A stretch of 64,000 bases of DNA from Patellaria atrata CBS 101060 (Eukaryota), in NCBI GenBank assembly GCA_010093705.1, contig MU006095.1, positions 620,001-684,000 on the forward strand, written 5' to 3'. Below are positions 10,948 to 25,158 of the stretch, piece by piece (positions within the stretch are counted from its first letter, which is position 1; each line of letters begins with the position of its first letter). The notes beneath the pieces are model-generated. The model worked only from the letters and a program-made list of their open reading frames with translations. It did not search any database and had not been told where the DNA came from. The position numbers were made by a program, and so were the translations under genes.

Positions 10948-11854
10948 TTATTCGACCGGTAACCTTGGTAAAATTTATGCTTAGCTTTAGTTCTGATTTA
11001 GCTTAGGATATGAGTCGACTTACCAGGCCATCCCTACCACTTAGCGTACATCTTACCCTTCTGAGCGACTTAAGCTAGTTGGAAAAAAAGTTCGGTCTCT
11101 GTCTATTTGTTAGATGGTGGAGCTATCGGGGTGTTGATTCTTGTGGTAACCAGGGGTAGTGAGCTAGTCGCCTATACCACCACAATTACGGTATCGTCGT
11201 AACCTAGGGTTTCTAAACTAACATAACACTATCTTTTAGTTCTTATGTTGGTGCTATTTTCGTTATTTTCTGAGACATAGATTTCATACTGTTCCGTCCG
11301 TTTTAGTACACACCTACAGTATATAACAGCTAGATAGAACCTCTCTGCTGAGAATCAAGCGACATATTCCATGCACCTGCAGATCCAGTTTATCTCACAC
11401 TATTGCTAGACGGAGGTGGACTGCGATGGTGTTAAGTTTTAGAACTATGTCGAGCCTTGGCATGGTCATGTGACTATCAGGGAAATTTTGAATATCGGAT
11501 CGGAAGTTTTATTCTTCTAAAGATAAACTCATATGAAATTATTGCTAATAGATTTGTTCATACAACATAGAAATCGCTCCATAACATGTGACCAACAGTG
11601 ATAGGAACTGATTCTTATCCATTCACACCTAACACGGTTTAGGAGTCGTAGAGGTTGGGCAAGACTTATATACTAACAAGTAGCAGTGGAACAGCTAACC
11701 TATAAGGAGGACATCTACTTTTGATAATTGCTCTCAAACAAACATACTTCATAATTAATGTGTAGGGATGAACTAGGACAGCAAGTAATATAAACAGCTC
11801 CCTAGGTTACAACTTCTTTTCATCATGATACGATTCCCAGTAGCCGACCTCATG

Positions 11855-12766
11855 CTAAAGCCGCACATGAAGGCCGTACTTATCATATGGAAAGTCCTCT
11901 AGACTATGTCTCATCTCTGCCCGTCTATCCTCTGACAGCAAACCATGACATTCACTCGCGTCCTCCATAAGCCCTTTGTTGAGCCTACTGTCCCTGAAGT
12001 CTGGTGGTTGACCGTCCTCTTCCGTTCTCCCCATGAGCACGTCCATTTCTATCCCTCTACAAATCTCCGCCAACCCAGGATGCGGGACCCAAACCACCCT
12101 CATACCTGCTCTCCTTCCTGCCTCAACACCAGCTATCGAGTCTTCGAATACAAGACATTCCTCTGGTTTCAATTCTGGCTCTCCATCCGCCACAGAAACA
12201 TGATTCAGGCGTCTCAAAGCAAGTAAGAAAATATCGGGACTAGGCTTTTTATCGCAGTACGCCATTTCTGAGTCGTCCCCGAAGACTTGGCAGGATGTTT
12301 CAGCAAAAGTAGCAGAGATGATCGGTATGTGGGATGTCTTTAGATTGAAGAGATGGTGACCGGCTGAGCTAGCTAGGGCGAGTTTGGTGGGCGGGGAAAC
12401 CTTGGTGCTGAGCGTCGATAGGAGGGTATCTACTCCAGGAAGCAGCCTGCTATTCGTGAAGAGATTTGTATACGCTTCTTCTTTCGTCTTCCATTCTGAT
12501 ATCGAGAGGGGCACTTCTGCCCATTCGAGAAGGCGCATGGTTCCCTATTACAACTTGAGGAAGAGAAAATGAGAAGATGCGATAAGGTAACAAGATACCG
12601 AAGTCCCTCGACTCTGCTGAACAGCCTTGATCCTCCATGGATAATTGAGCTTTCCGTACTCTTGCAGGATATTGTTGTATATGTCAGAATAAATGTCCTC
12701 GGAGTTTATGAGGGTACCATCCACGTCAAAAATACAAGCGCGAACGCGCGGGAAATTCGAGACCAT
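11855..12766 (-). CDS. HAD-superfamily phosphatase (HDHD1/pseudouridine-5'-phosphatase-like), 2 exons
   Basis: Motif I 'CIFDVDGTLINSE', 'LASS', 'KPSPDIFLLA', 'ECLVFEDSIAGVEAGRRAGMRVVWVP'. Confidence 0.9.
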
Positions 12767-13208
12767 TTTTCTCTGACAGCTAGCTGGGTTTTTGCTTTTT
12801 GAAGGATAACGTAAGATAAGCTATAAAGCGTATGCTCTCCACTACCTAAAACTAGAGTACTCTGTGGAAAGTAGAAATTAGGTGAAATTACTCCCTGTCG
12901 AGGTAAGGATATTTTCAGTCTGTGCTGCCTTAGAATTACTGTAGTTCTAGAACTAGGACTAGTTCTACAGTAGCTACGGTACCAGTGTAACCTACAGCAC
13001 TTGGCAGTCGCTCTTTTATCTCAACGCCGCAAGACGAATTTTTTGGCCTAAACTTGAGGAATCTCAGTTTTTACAGTAGATTATAATATACTATCATAGC
13101 TAAGAGTCCGCATGTTGCATCATTTTTATACTATAATCGCAGTCTGATCATCACCTGAACATGTCCTATCGAGTTGGTGCTGTTTCATTACTATCACAAC
13201 AACCGAAT

Positions 13209-14832
13209 TCAGAGTGGTTCTTCCTCCTCCTCTTCTTCTTTGTCAAGCGTAATCTCATGTTTTCCCTTCTCCTCCGTTGCTCCAGTCATAGTGTCTTGTA
13301 CAACCTTCATCATCTCGGCTTTGTATCTGCATTTGGAAGTACAATTAGCACGTTTCTTATAAACCCGAGAGATCAAAGGCCCAGATAGAGCTAGGGTTTT
13401 TTCACATCATTGGACGTACGTACTCTTGTGGACAAAACATCTTGCACAAAGTGGTCATATCGTCGTACACACTGTGCGGGGTTAACAATCTATTCAAGAT
13501 GCCTAAATGGTCTAGGGAACACAAACATCTGTCGCTGTTGAGATCCAGGAATATAGATCGTATTTCCAATGTTGAAGGTCAATGAGTAGAGTAAGTTCCG
13601 TGCGTCCCAATCCTCAACAGGTTCCGATACAGGGAAGTGTTTCTTATAACTTCTAATATAGGCTTTATTGCTCAATCGATGCCTCGGGGCTCGCCAGTTG
13701 CCAGTGTCATACTCATTGTGTCCATAGAAAGAGCAAACATCGAAAACAAATGCTTCCCCTGTCTTTGCATCCATCGCGGTATTGCCATCCCAGCAATCCC
13801 CGTGAACGAGGCAAGGCTTTAGCGTACGACCGTCGGACTGAAGCGGCAAGAGAAGACGTGGAACGACTTTCTCAAGCGTCAATTTGCAAACAACGTCGAA
13901 TTCTGGCCATTTGAGGATTGGCTTTGCTAATTCCATAACATGGCTAAGATGCCGCCGGAATAGTACACACCAGGAATCTTCCCAAGTGTTGACAGCCTGG
14001 GCAATTCGAGCATGACAGGTAGCCATGTGGAAGCCAAACTTCCCGGTAGGAGAAACGGAGCGTTGATGTAAATCTGCAAGTCCTGCGGCCAACTTGATGG
14101 GATCCGCAGGCTTACTGCGTTAACAACCTACTGTAAATTTGCTTTGACTCCGTTCCATCATGCGCACCAACTGTGCCGAACACGACTTGTGGGAGATCGC
14201 CTGGAAATTGAAGGAAAGAAACGACCAGGCCTTCACATAAGTGAATCCTGAAGTTCCCAGGGGATATCAGAGAATGGGACACACCTGTTCTCCAACATCT
14301 CGGAATTCAGCAAGAAGAAAATACGTCTCGTGCTCGGCTTGTTCGTATTTGCCCCATGCGTATGGCTTCGGTACAAAAGAGGGTGAAAGTGCATGGATAG
14401 CTTTGAGAGATTCATATTCACCCTCGCACATGTGTCGTCCAGTCTCACCGAGGGACACTACCTATGAAAATCGCAAGACATTAGACCTCTCCACATTGTC
14501 ATGATCGTAGGGACCAAACCTTCAAGAAATAGTACTGTGTCTCTCTCGAGGGCAATCGAACCAGGACCTTCGCCGTCTTGCCCCATAAGGATTCTCCATA
14601 ATTAAGGGCCCGTACAACTTCAGTTCCAGGGATAGGAAAAGCTGGAATATGAGTCAATCACAGTGTTTGAATCATGTAGATTAGCGTTCATACCCGCAAT
14701 GACGCTTTGATCTACTTCATAGGACCCACCAGCCTTGGGCGGCAAAAAGGGTTCGGATGGAGTCTTTTCTACCTCTCTTTGTGCCTTACTAATAGCGATG
14801 TTCGATATAGTGTGCTCTATTTCGACAATCAT
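13209..14832 (-). CDS. Fructosamine/ribulosamine-3-kinase family protein, multi-exon
   Basis: 'YFLK', 'MCEGEYESLKAI', 'SPTGKFGFH..TC', 'KPCLVHGDCWDGN', 'FD..SFYGHNEYD.GNW'. Terminal exons VYDDMTTLCK... and ...EEEEEEPL* (stop 13209). Confidence 0.88.
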
Positions 14833-15345
14833 GTTGAAAGGGTCATGTAAAATTGGTGTCTTGACGTGAGCGTAGCTGTCTCAGGGCTAGAAGAGTGAGC
14901 CAGCTCATTCCCGCCTCATAAGTAGGAGCTAATATTTAATAAGGAAGGTGGGCTGTACGTGAAAGCTATTCCTTATCAATTAGGTGTTATACATGTTAGG
15001 GGCCACAATAGAATGTGGAACATTGCTTTTCGAGACCCTAGCCTTGGTACAGTAGCTGGCGAATTGTAACTGGAGAAGGGGACGGCATGGACGTAATTCT
15101 ATATTGAAGGTGGGCAACTTGAGTTTTTGGGGCTTTCTTACTCAGCTCCCACCTACCGGGGCGCGAACATCACGAACCATGAGTTCAGCACGACGCATTC
15201 AGTCACTTTATATCGTCTCTGTCTTTAATAAACCCATGGGTGCGTGTTCGATACATGCTAGTGTCGTATGGCTTCAGGCCCTAGCGTAGTAAGTGCAAGT
15301 TTCTCAAGTTAGTTTCTTTTAGCTTTCTCAGCCTTGCTCTCTTTC

Positions 15346-18300
15346 ATGGTTCGTTCGCAGGAAATCGTGCCCTACCATTCTCGATTTGCTATAATACTAG
15401 AGAGGCATGATATAAAAAGTAGTATGCTCATCCTAACTTGTGTAGTTTTCAAGACTGAGACTACGGTCAGATCCAGTCCTCGACTGCAATGATGACGAAG
15501 GTTTGGCCAATGTCCCTAACGAGGCTGAGCGACGGCGGTCCGAAAGCTCCTCCAGAATGCTATCGACAGTTCCTACGCGTCTGAAAAGCAACATCCTCCA
15601 GAGAAGCGCTTCATCGGCGTGCAATACGAGCACTTTTGCCCTTAAGGATATTCGCAAAAGCCACATCCCAGAACGGTGCTCTGATGGGCTCGGATTGCAG
15701 CTTGTATTTGATCCACCTTCCCATACTGGGGACATCATATTTGTCCATGGCCTTGGTGGTAGCGCTTGGAAAACCTGGAGTTGGAACCGGGACACGGCCA
15801 ACTTCTGGCCCGGCTGGCTGTCGGACGAAGAAGACTTATCAAGTTTCAGGACATTTACTTTCGGATACGACTCTGACTGGAAGGGCGCCGGGACGAACCT
15901 TAATATATCCGATTTCTCGAAAGACCTCCTACTTCAGATGCTGACGTTTAGGAGTGATGATCGCCCTACCATTGGAAGTAAGGATATTATTTTCGTAGCC
16001 CATTCGATGGGCGGGTTGCTCGTCAAGAGAGCCTACCTTCTGGCGAAACTGGATATCCAGTATTCCGATATAGTTTCCAAATTTCTTGGGATCATCTTCC
16101 TCGGAACTCCACATCGAGGGGCGCAATCGGCAGCCATGCTGAACAATATACTGGCAGCCCTTCCACTGGCTCCGCCACCGAAAGCGTACCTTGCCGATCT
16201 CCAAGTTACCTCGAGTGCGCTACACGAGATTAACGAACAGTTTCGTCACCACTGTCAAGAGTTAGCATTGATATCATATTATGAAACAGAAAAGACGACT
16301 CTGGGTATGAAAGACGTTCTTATTGTAGGAAAGGAGTCTGCTGTGTTACAATATCCAAAAGAGCTTTCAAGTCCCCTATATGCTAATCACCATACTATAT
16401 GCAAGTTCCAAAGCCGACTAGACTCGAATTACGTCAAAGTGAGGGATACTATCGCCTACCTAGCAAAGCGGTCGAGTTCTAGAGGTGGGACTATAGTCAA
16501 CACAGTGGAAGACAATCAACAGATCGAGGCGATATTGGGCATTCACGACGTCGTAGAAGAGGACCTCAAATCAGCACATAATCGAGTAATGGATGGCACC
16601 TGCCAATGGTTGACGCATAAACCAGACTTTATCAAATGGCAAGCAACGGAAGGAATGGAGGATTGTGCCCGAATATTCTGGCTGTTCGGCCTACCGGCGA
16701 CTGGGAAAACGACGCTCACTAGCGTAGTAATAGATCATCTTAAGACTCATACTGGCAGATGTCAATACCATTTCTTTTCCACTGGACACCAGATGAAACG
16801 AACTGCTGCGTACTGTCTCCGGTCGATTGCTGCGCAACTAGCAAGGACAAACCTTGAGTTCAGAGAAGCGTTGTTTGCCTTCCATGCAGGAACGGGAATA
16901 AAGTTCGCTTCGCAAGATCAGAAATTTGAAACGATATGGGAAAAGATTTTTGAGGGGATTATTTTCAAGACAGCGTTTCAGACACCTCTATTTTGGATTC
17001 TTGATGCTATCGACGAAGCGGATGCCTACTCCGTGTTGATTAGTCGCCTCATGAAAATACAGTCAGTGACCCCAATCAGGGTCTTTCTGAGTAGCAGACC
17101 TACAGAGATTGTCCGAACACTAGGAACGCACACTCTATCCATCACACCACTATTTTTATCTGATCGAGACACCGAGAACGATATCCGTACCTATGTCTAC
17201 AACACCATGCGCAATATTCTTCCTGCTAATGAACAGGTTCAAAAGAAAATCTCCGATCAGGTACTCAAAAAGGCATCAGGATCATTTCTCTGGGTCCGGT
17301 TAGCTCTGGATTCGCTTAGAGGATCATGGTACACACAACACGATATCCAAAAATCCTTGACAGAATTACCAGCCGATATGGCATCGCTGTACGAACAAAT
17401 GCTAGAGAAGATCATCTCACAACCTTCCCCAAGGTCCCGACTATTAGCAAAGAGGATTCTCACTTGGGTCGCCTGTAGCTGGAGGCCCCTTCGTATTGAC
17501 GAGCTAATAACTGCGCTCGAACCAGAATTCAGTGATTTTGTGAACTTTGAGGACACGGTTACGCAAATATGTGGCAACTTTGTTTCGATTGAGGAAGGAC
17601 GTCTCTCCCTTATCCACGCGACCGCTCGTTCGTTCCTAACCAGCGAAGGAGAAGGAGGTCCCAGATACATTAAAGTTCGACAGTCTCATAGCGATATGGC
17701 CGTGCGATGCTTAACATACCTTTCGAAAGACGATTGGCGGCGCTTGTTTCGAGCATTCTCTCCAACTGATTATGCAGAGGCTGGCCACTTACACCGGCCG
17801 AATCGGCTCCTCCTAGCGGAACAAGGTTTCCCGTTATTAGGGTATTCGGTATGTTATTGGGCATATCATGTATCAAACTCCCCCACCTTTTCAGCGGAGC
17901 TCACGGAAGCTTTGAAGACCTTCTTTTCCAGGTATTGCTTGTCTTGGATTGAGGCAATTGCTTTGTCGGCAAATCTACGCTACTTGATAAAATCCGCGAA
18001 GTATATAAAGGCTTACGCGAAAAGAAAAAGATTGGCAAAATCACGACCCGAATCCTCACCAGTTCTCGGAAGTCTGAAGGCCGTACCTGAGGATGATCCA
18101 AAATGGCTCCAATCTTGGGCTACTGATATCATCCGCGTAGTAGGTAAATTTGGGCCAATTTTGATATCCAACCCTGCCTCGATCTATGGGGATATTCCTC
18201 CTTTCTGCCCGCGAAACTCGATGATTTGGCAAACGTACGGCGAATTTGTACCGAATCAACTTTATGTCAGTGGATTGCCAACAGACGGTTGGGATGACCG

Positions 18301-20290
18301 TCTCGCAAGTATATCAGTCGGTGATGATCGAATGATCTCTAAAGTTCTTGCTACGGATGCTTATTTCATTATCCTAATCAGTAGCGTCGGTAGTATTACT
18401 ATCTGGCATGCTGAAACCTGTGAGCAAGCTAGAGCGATCGAACTGAACGAGTACACGCCAATCATTGCTTTGAACAAAATCGGGACATTATTAGCTGCAG
18501 CAAGTCTTACAAGTTACACTATCTGGGAAGTGTCCACCGGCCGTTTGGTGTCTCGGATTCCGAAAACTACAGAAACACGCACTACAACTGTCGCATTTAA
18601 TGATGATAGTTCCCAATTCACAACTTGTTACGATGATTGTTCCATATTTAGCTACGATGTTTACACATCCATCGAAATTTCGAGACAGATCTTCACGCCT
18701 CCGCAAGTAGAGTATCATAGCTGTCCGAAGGTAATGAGTATTAGTCCTGACCACACGACTGTCGCCATTGGCTGGCGCGGAAAGCCTCCACTCATATGGC
18801 ATTTCAAAGCCACTCCGTACCAGCCCGTCAAAATACGCAAAGCCCGCCAGATGAGTGACTCGCTTTGCGCGCCGGAATCATACCTTTGGCGGCCCGATGG
18901 AAGCTCATTGTTTATCCTCTGTCAGGATACAAATGTTATTGAGTGGCAATTGTACGATGATCAACAAATCGCGTACCCTCACCTAAACCCACGAGAGTTT
19001 GGAATCAGTCGCGATGGTACCCTATTGCTCACTTGTGACAATATCGGAACGATCAGCGTTTGGAGTTTTCCAAAGTTATCTCTTGTATACCAGTTGAAGA
19101 GTGAGAACGAATTCATTCGAGATATCACCTTCAGCCCAGATAACCAGCGCATATATGATGTACGATGCTTTATGTGCAATATCTGGGAGCCTGATGTTTT
19201 GGTTCGCCCCGATGAGCAGGACCTTGAAGATCACTCCAGTGTCGACGAGGTTGCCTCAGGCAGCTATCTTTCAAATGAGCCCGCCATAGCGCATGCAGAC
19301 ACTACGCAAACCGTAGTGACTGCAATATCTGTGAGCACTACGGACGACTATTACTGTTGTGGAAGCGATGATGGAATGGTCATAATCCACGAAGCTACCT
19401 ATGGAAAAGCCATTCGGAAGGTCTACGGCCATCCGCCTTCCAGCGCTGTACTCCAACTCTGCTGGTCTGAATCAGGAAGATTTATGGTATCAAGCGACGA
19501 CTCCGCGAGAGTCATCGCGAAGAGACTTGAGGTAAAAGAAAAAGATAAATGGGGTGTTTTTCCCGTCCTGGACATACGCGCTCCCGACTCTGTTCAACAG
19601 TTTCTCTTCAGTTCCGATGAGAGGTACCTTCTTGTTTCCACGTCCTCAACAGATCACATATATGATCTTCGCACAAAGAAACAAGTTTGCTCCAGGCTCT
19701 GGGGCACGAGAAATACTCGGCGCTGGGTACAAAGCCCGCCCGGTACAAACTTGCTCATATCTGTTGGTCCATGTGATATCCAAATATGCAATTGGTCAAC
19801 ACTAGAGACCGAGTCTTTTGCGGACCTTATATCGGAGACGGACAGAGATAGGGGAAAATTAGCTGTCGTATGGACTGCTTGCACGACCGCACAGGGGCAC
19901 ATTCTGTATGGAACGCTTCCTACTGCCAATATTCGAGGCAGTGTGACTTGTCTGTCTCACTCTGGCCTACATCTTGAGTACATTGACTTTCCCCGGAGCT
20001 TCGATTCATCCCTGAGCTCCTTTGCCTCAGAATGTAATCCGAATCTTGCACATCGAGTGAAGAGGCTGATTGGGATTTACGAAGGCAGAGTTGTCTATCT
20101 AGATCATGACCATCGATTATGCACATGGGATCTTAGTATCGATGGACATGAATTGAAGAGGCATTTTGCTTTACCGAGAGATTGGCTGGATGTCAATTCT
20201 CTAGACCTTGCGGTCGTTAACCGATATGGTACCATGTTTTGCCCAAGGGATGGACATGTAGCTATAGTTAGGAACGGTATTAGGCTTTGA
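15346..20290 (+). CDS. Fungal NLR-like STAND protein: alpha/beta-hydrolase (SesB-like) - NACHT - WD40
   Basis: 1595-aa ORF with 'IIFVHGLGG', nucleophile elbow 'AHSMGG', 'FLGTPHRG', 'NHHTICKF', Walker A 'GLPATGKT', Walker B 'WILDAIDE', 'ASGSFLWV' and degenerate WD repeats. Likely start ATG 15346 plus intron 15349-15445 (GTTCGT...CTAAC...TAG), which is in frame. Confidence 0.9.
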
Positions 20291-20323
20291 TTGATTGTTA
20301 CGGGCAAGAGTTAAGATAGCACG

Positions 20324-20496
20324 TGTCACGGGTTAGACCCGATAGGTATAAGTGCCTTGGATAATCCAGCGGCTTAGTCATACTATACTTTAGTAGAACA
20401 GCATATGCTGTCTCAACACTTTCTTTCCTTAAGTTTAAGCTTCATGTACATATAGCAATATACCTTTCAGCTTTCATCTGAGGTTGAGCCATGACA
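20324..20496. mobile_element. Solo LTR (173 bp) with 5-bp target-site duplication
   Basis: TGTCACGG...CCATGACA termini flanked on both sides by GCACG (20319-20323, 20497-20501). Confidence 0.88.
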
Positions 20497-20757
20497 GCAC
20501 GCAGCTGACGTTACCGGGAAATAAATATTATACGCTTGTGGAGATACCTTATACTACGCCAAAACCTTCCGCTCGGCCTTCGCTCTGTTCAAGTGTGAGT
20601 GGCGTCAGTCCAATAGACGTACCCAAGTGTTCCAAACTGTAGTAAACAAAAGCTTCCTTGACTTGCGGAACGGTTGCTTGCTTGCGCTCGCTTAGGCAGA
20701 AGTGTTAATGATTCTTTCTACTTTAGTTCTAACACATTAAAATACGCATAGGCAACC

Positions 20758-23700
20758 CTAGTGCGTCTCTCTATCCAGACTCTGTCCCAAACACATCTCC
20801 CAGTAGACACCCCTTCTATCAAGCAATTCTTGATGTGTTCCTGTTTCTACAATACCTCCCCTTGCAAACACGAAAATACAATCCGCGTCCTTTATCGTGC
20901 TCAATCGATGCGCAACAGCAATGGTCGTTCGGCCGGCCGATGCCCTCTCAAGTGCAGCCTGCACTATCTTCTCGCTCTCGGTATCTAGCGCAGATGTCGC
21001 TTCATCAAAGAGTAGGAGGCGCGGGCGGCGTATCAGAGCTCTCGCGATCGCAATACGTTGTTTCTGGCCCCCGGACAATTGTGTTCCTTTGGACCCAACG
21101 AGTGTCCCGTAGCCCTCGGAAAGCGAGCTGATGAACTCGGCGATGTTGGCTTCTTGACAAGCTTCCTCAATTTGGGCATCGGTAGCCTCCGTTTCTAAGC
21201 CAAGTGCGATGTTTTCTCTTATTGACCCTTGGTACAGCGTGGGTTCCTGCTGTACGAGAGCAATGTGCCGACGATATCGTCGAGGGCATATTGTTGATAT
21301 ATCCGTGCTGTCAAAGCGAATGTGGCCGGAAGAGGGGTCATAAAACCGTTCGAGGAGGGCGATCATCGTTGATTTACCGCAACCGGAAGCTCCTACAAAT
21401 GCAACTACTTGCCCAGGAATGACCTAGAGAGGTTAGTGATGGATACATAATCGTTAAATGACATGAACATACAGTAGCGCTTGCACCGCGGATAACTTGA
21501 ATGTGAGGACGTTGAGGGTACGAGAATTCGACTTCTTGACACTCTACTTGCGCCCCACCGTCTAACGGTTTTTCATTCGAACCAGATGCTATGGATTCTC
21601 TGATCGATGGTTCTTGAGCACGGAGCCAGAACACATAATTCGCCGCGCTTTCAGCTTTAGTAATACCTGCCAGATGAGTAAGGAGTAAGTAATGTACAGT
21701 ACCATATAGAGATTCGTTTACTGACTAGTTGTGTAGGCGAAAAACTGGGCTGCCGCTTCGCCGGAAAAGATGACACCAATAAAGACCACAAAGAACTGCG
21801 TCGTTGTGTATTCGCCCCTAGACATAAGTTGACCACCATACCTAAGGAATATAAGCAATGGATTTTATATGTTGTAGAGTAAGCTAACTTACCAAAACCC
21901 CAAAGCCATGGCCAAAAAAGAAACGGATTGCGTTAGTGAGTACCAAAACATCGTCCAGACTAGAGCTTTGATTGAGCGTTTCTCGATACCTCTCAACCGA
22001 TCGCTATATTTCGACAGGATACTTCGTTCTAAGGTCAGAGAAGCAACAGTCCGAATTGACGAAACAGCTTCCGTGGCTAATGCAGCGCTATCCGCAAATC
22101 GTGCTCCTGTAGCATCATCAAGTTTGAATTCAAGGCGAATTCGAATATATCCAGCCCCTACTAATGGCGGTAGTGCCCCGAAGACGACAACTAAGCCAAG
22201 CTTCCATCCGTACGCCAGCGCCAGGATGCAACTGCTAAACAGATTCACCACTATCGTTAGTATAAGCGCAATGTTGAAGCCCAGTAGCTCCTGCAGCTGG
22301 GTTGGGTGTGTGGATAAACGCGATGCTAATGCTCCAGTTGTGTTTTCTGGTTTGTCAAAGAAGGAACGGTCCTGACGAAGGACGTTGTCGAACATCTCAA
22401 GACGATACCTATATGTCAAAGTCTCATCAAAGTTAGGTTTGTTCTAATAGCAAGCATATGATGTAACATACCTGGCTGACTATATTTGAAAACCAACCAA
22501 GCGCACCATAAACGAATAGGTTTGCAATTGCGATGACGAAAAACATTAGTCCATAAAAATCTCCCTTCTCAACCATTTCATCAGGGGTAAGCTGAAATGT
22601 TTTCATTGTCTGTGAGAAAACGATAGCAAGAGCAGGGTACGTTAGTCCTGTGTCCATCCCCGAATGTTAGCGACCGCAGAGTCCTTAGGAAAGGTTTTGG
22701 GAATAACACACCTCCAACTACACAGGAGATAAAGACCATGAGAAACGGTAACCAAAGGTAAGATGCTTCCCAAAGAAGGATAGCCAAACACTTCAACAGA
22801 TTGTAACCCATGGTCGCTTGCTCCTCGCCGTTTGCTTGTTGGCCGGATCCCGACGTTGCTGTGTGTGATTGGGAACGGATCAGTTCAAGGTTACTCTTCT
22901 CCATATCGAACTTTTCGTTTTCAGACCTTTCATCTTTCCCATAGCCGAGATCTTGAGCCTTGACGAGTCGAGCGTAAACTCCATTTAAGTCTATCAGCTT
23001 TTCATGAGAACCTTGCTCTACGACTACTCCATTTGATATGACCACAATGTTGTCCGCTTTTCGTACGGTAGAGAGTTTATGTGCAATGACGAGTGTTGTG
23101 CGGTTGCTAGAGACATTATCCAAAGCTTCTTGTACGATGCTTTCTGCTTTAGGATCTAGTGCACTGGTAGCTTCATCCAGGAGAAGCACCTTAGGGTTCG
23201 AAATTATACTTCGAGCAATTGCCAGACGTTGCTTCTGCCCTCCGGACAGCATACCAGCACGTTCTCCTACTTGTGTTTCGTATCCCTACAAATATTAATA
23301 TCTTGGTTATACTAATGGGCACAAACTAGATTTTACCTGCGGAAGATTTTCTATGAATTCATGAGCATAGGCTGCTTCACATGCTTCCTGAACTAGTTTC
23401 AATTTGTTCTGGTCTGATGTATTCGCAAAAGGGGTGCCCATAAGTCCATACGATACGTTTTCAAACACAGTACCATTGAAGAGAACCGGTTCCTACAATG
23501 GTTAGAACCATTTCGGAATTCATTCTCCAGATGACTTACCTGCTGAACCAATCTTATATTGGTGCGAAGCCATTCGATATTCAAGTTACTTATCTCCTGC
23601 CCATCCAGACAAATTGAGCCGGCGAGCGGGCTGTACCACCGCTCTAGTAGGCCGATGATTGTGCTTTTGCCACAACCACTAGGTCCCACAAGTGCTGTGG

Positions 23701-25158
23701 TCTTGTTTGCCGGAATAGACAAGGTAAGGCTTCTTAGAATTTGGGCATCGGGCCGTGATGGATATGTAAATTCGACATCTTCAATTTCAATCGCACCAAT
23801 GCATTCTTCGGGACGCTCCCCGGAATCAGAAAGTGAATCAATTTCCGGCTCATGGTCAATCACTCGGAAGAGTTCATTTGCAGCAGAAGCAGCCTTTGTG
23901 ATCTGCAAGATTTGTGGTGCTACTTGAGTAAGAGCTGTAGCAGCAACGATGACAGCAAAGATTACGCTGTTACAAATATCAGTACTATCCATTGAGACAT
24001 ATTCAGGGGTCATACGTCACAATACTACCAGGTTGTGTAATCTCACCTTTGGCATACATCCTAATACCTTGCCAAAACGCAAGTCCATACCCTGCCAAAA
24101 CGCAGAAGAATTCAGTAGAGAAAAGAACCATATAATTCGGAGATTTTTTCATCCCTTCTTTCTTTGCTTCTGCAAGGAGTGCGCTATACTTAGCTGAGAG
24201 TTTTGGATGTGCCCAAAAGGCGTGCACGGTACCAATGCTTGAGAAGACCTCCTCTGCAAGTTGACCGGCTTTAGAATATATCGGGAGAATCTTGGATTCA
24301 TTCTTAGTATCAATACCGATACAAATAGAGGTTACAACGATAATTGTCGGAACTATTGCCAGGGTAATGAGGGTGAGCTTCCATTGAACGGCAAACGCCA
24401 CCACAAAAGCGGATACGAACGTTGAGATTCCTTGAACTGTTAAGCCAAGTTTCTCAGAAATTCCTTGATTGACGAGATTTCCATTCGTAGTGACCTGTAC
24501 CGAGGCGGAGCCAAACTTGGGAGAGTCAAAGAAGCCAACGTCTTGTCGAAGTGTGCTCTCTAGGAATTTGATACGTATCGCTTTCGTCGTCCGTATAGCT
24601 GATATAGAAATGCACATCTTTACGATAGTAAGTATGTATAGCTATATGGTTCAATTTCAAAACTTACCGACCATATATATGCCAAGCAGAATTTTGCGAT
24701 GAACAAATATACAAAGTAAAGTCTACCACATTGAATCAATGCCCGTGGTTAAGGATTAGGTTCTGAACGAGCAGACGTACGTATATTTTCTAACTTCACC
24801 ACGAAAATCAGATGCACTCAGAGCACCAATCGCAAAATTGTTGAAGGCTGTGGTGAATTTGCCAAACACCAAATCCATCAACGGTAAGAGTGTCCCAGCA
24901 GCTATAGAAGCTACAGATAGTCAGTTGAGATCAGCAGTTGATATATGAGCAGACTCACAAACAAATGCAATCCCATTGAGTGTCCAGCTTGCTGTATCTG
25001 CAAAACTGAAGATCCTCTTTGTTTAGCAATTAGCAATTATGGGATTGTGACATTTTCAAGGTAGTTTTGCACACCCAATATCCGTTCATACCACCCTCAT
25101 CCTGAGAGGACTTTTCGGAGCCACCATCATGGGTAGCGTCTTCTCTTTCCTTTCCCAT
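20758..25158 (-). CDS. Full-size ABCB (MDR/P-glycoprotein-like) transporter, multi-exon
   Basis: TMD-NBD-TMD-NBD layout; Walker A 'GPSGCGKST' and 'GASGCGKST', two 'LSGGQKQR' signatures, '[10 protein letters not shown]'/'[10 protein letters not shown]'. Probable ATG 25158 (MGKERED). Confidence 0.95.

Noticed and set aside
11108..11328. Possible further solo LTR (TGTTAGA...TATAACA)
   Set aside because: No TSD and no second copy in the window; cannot be supported.
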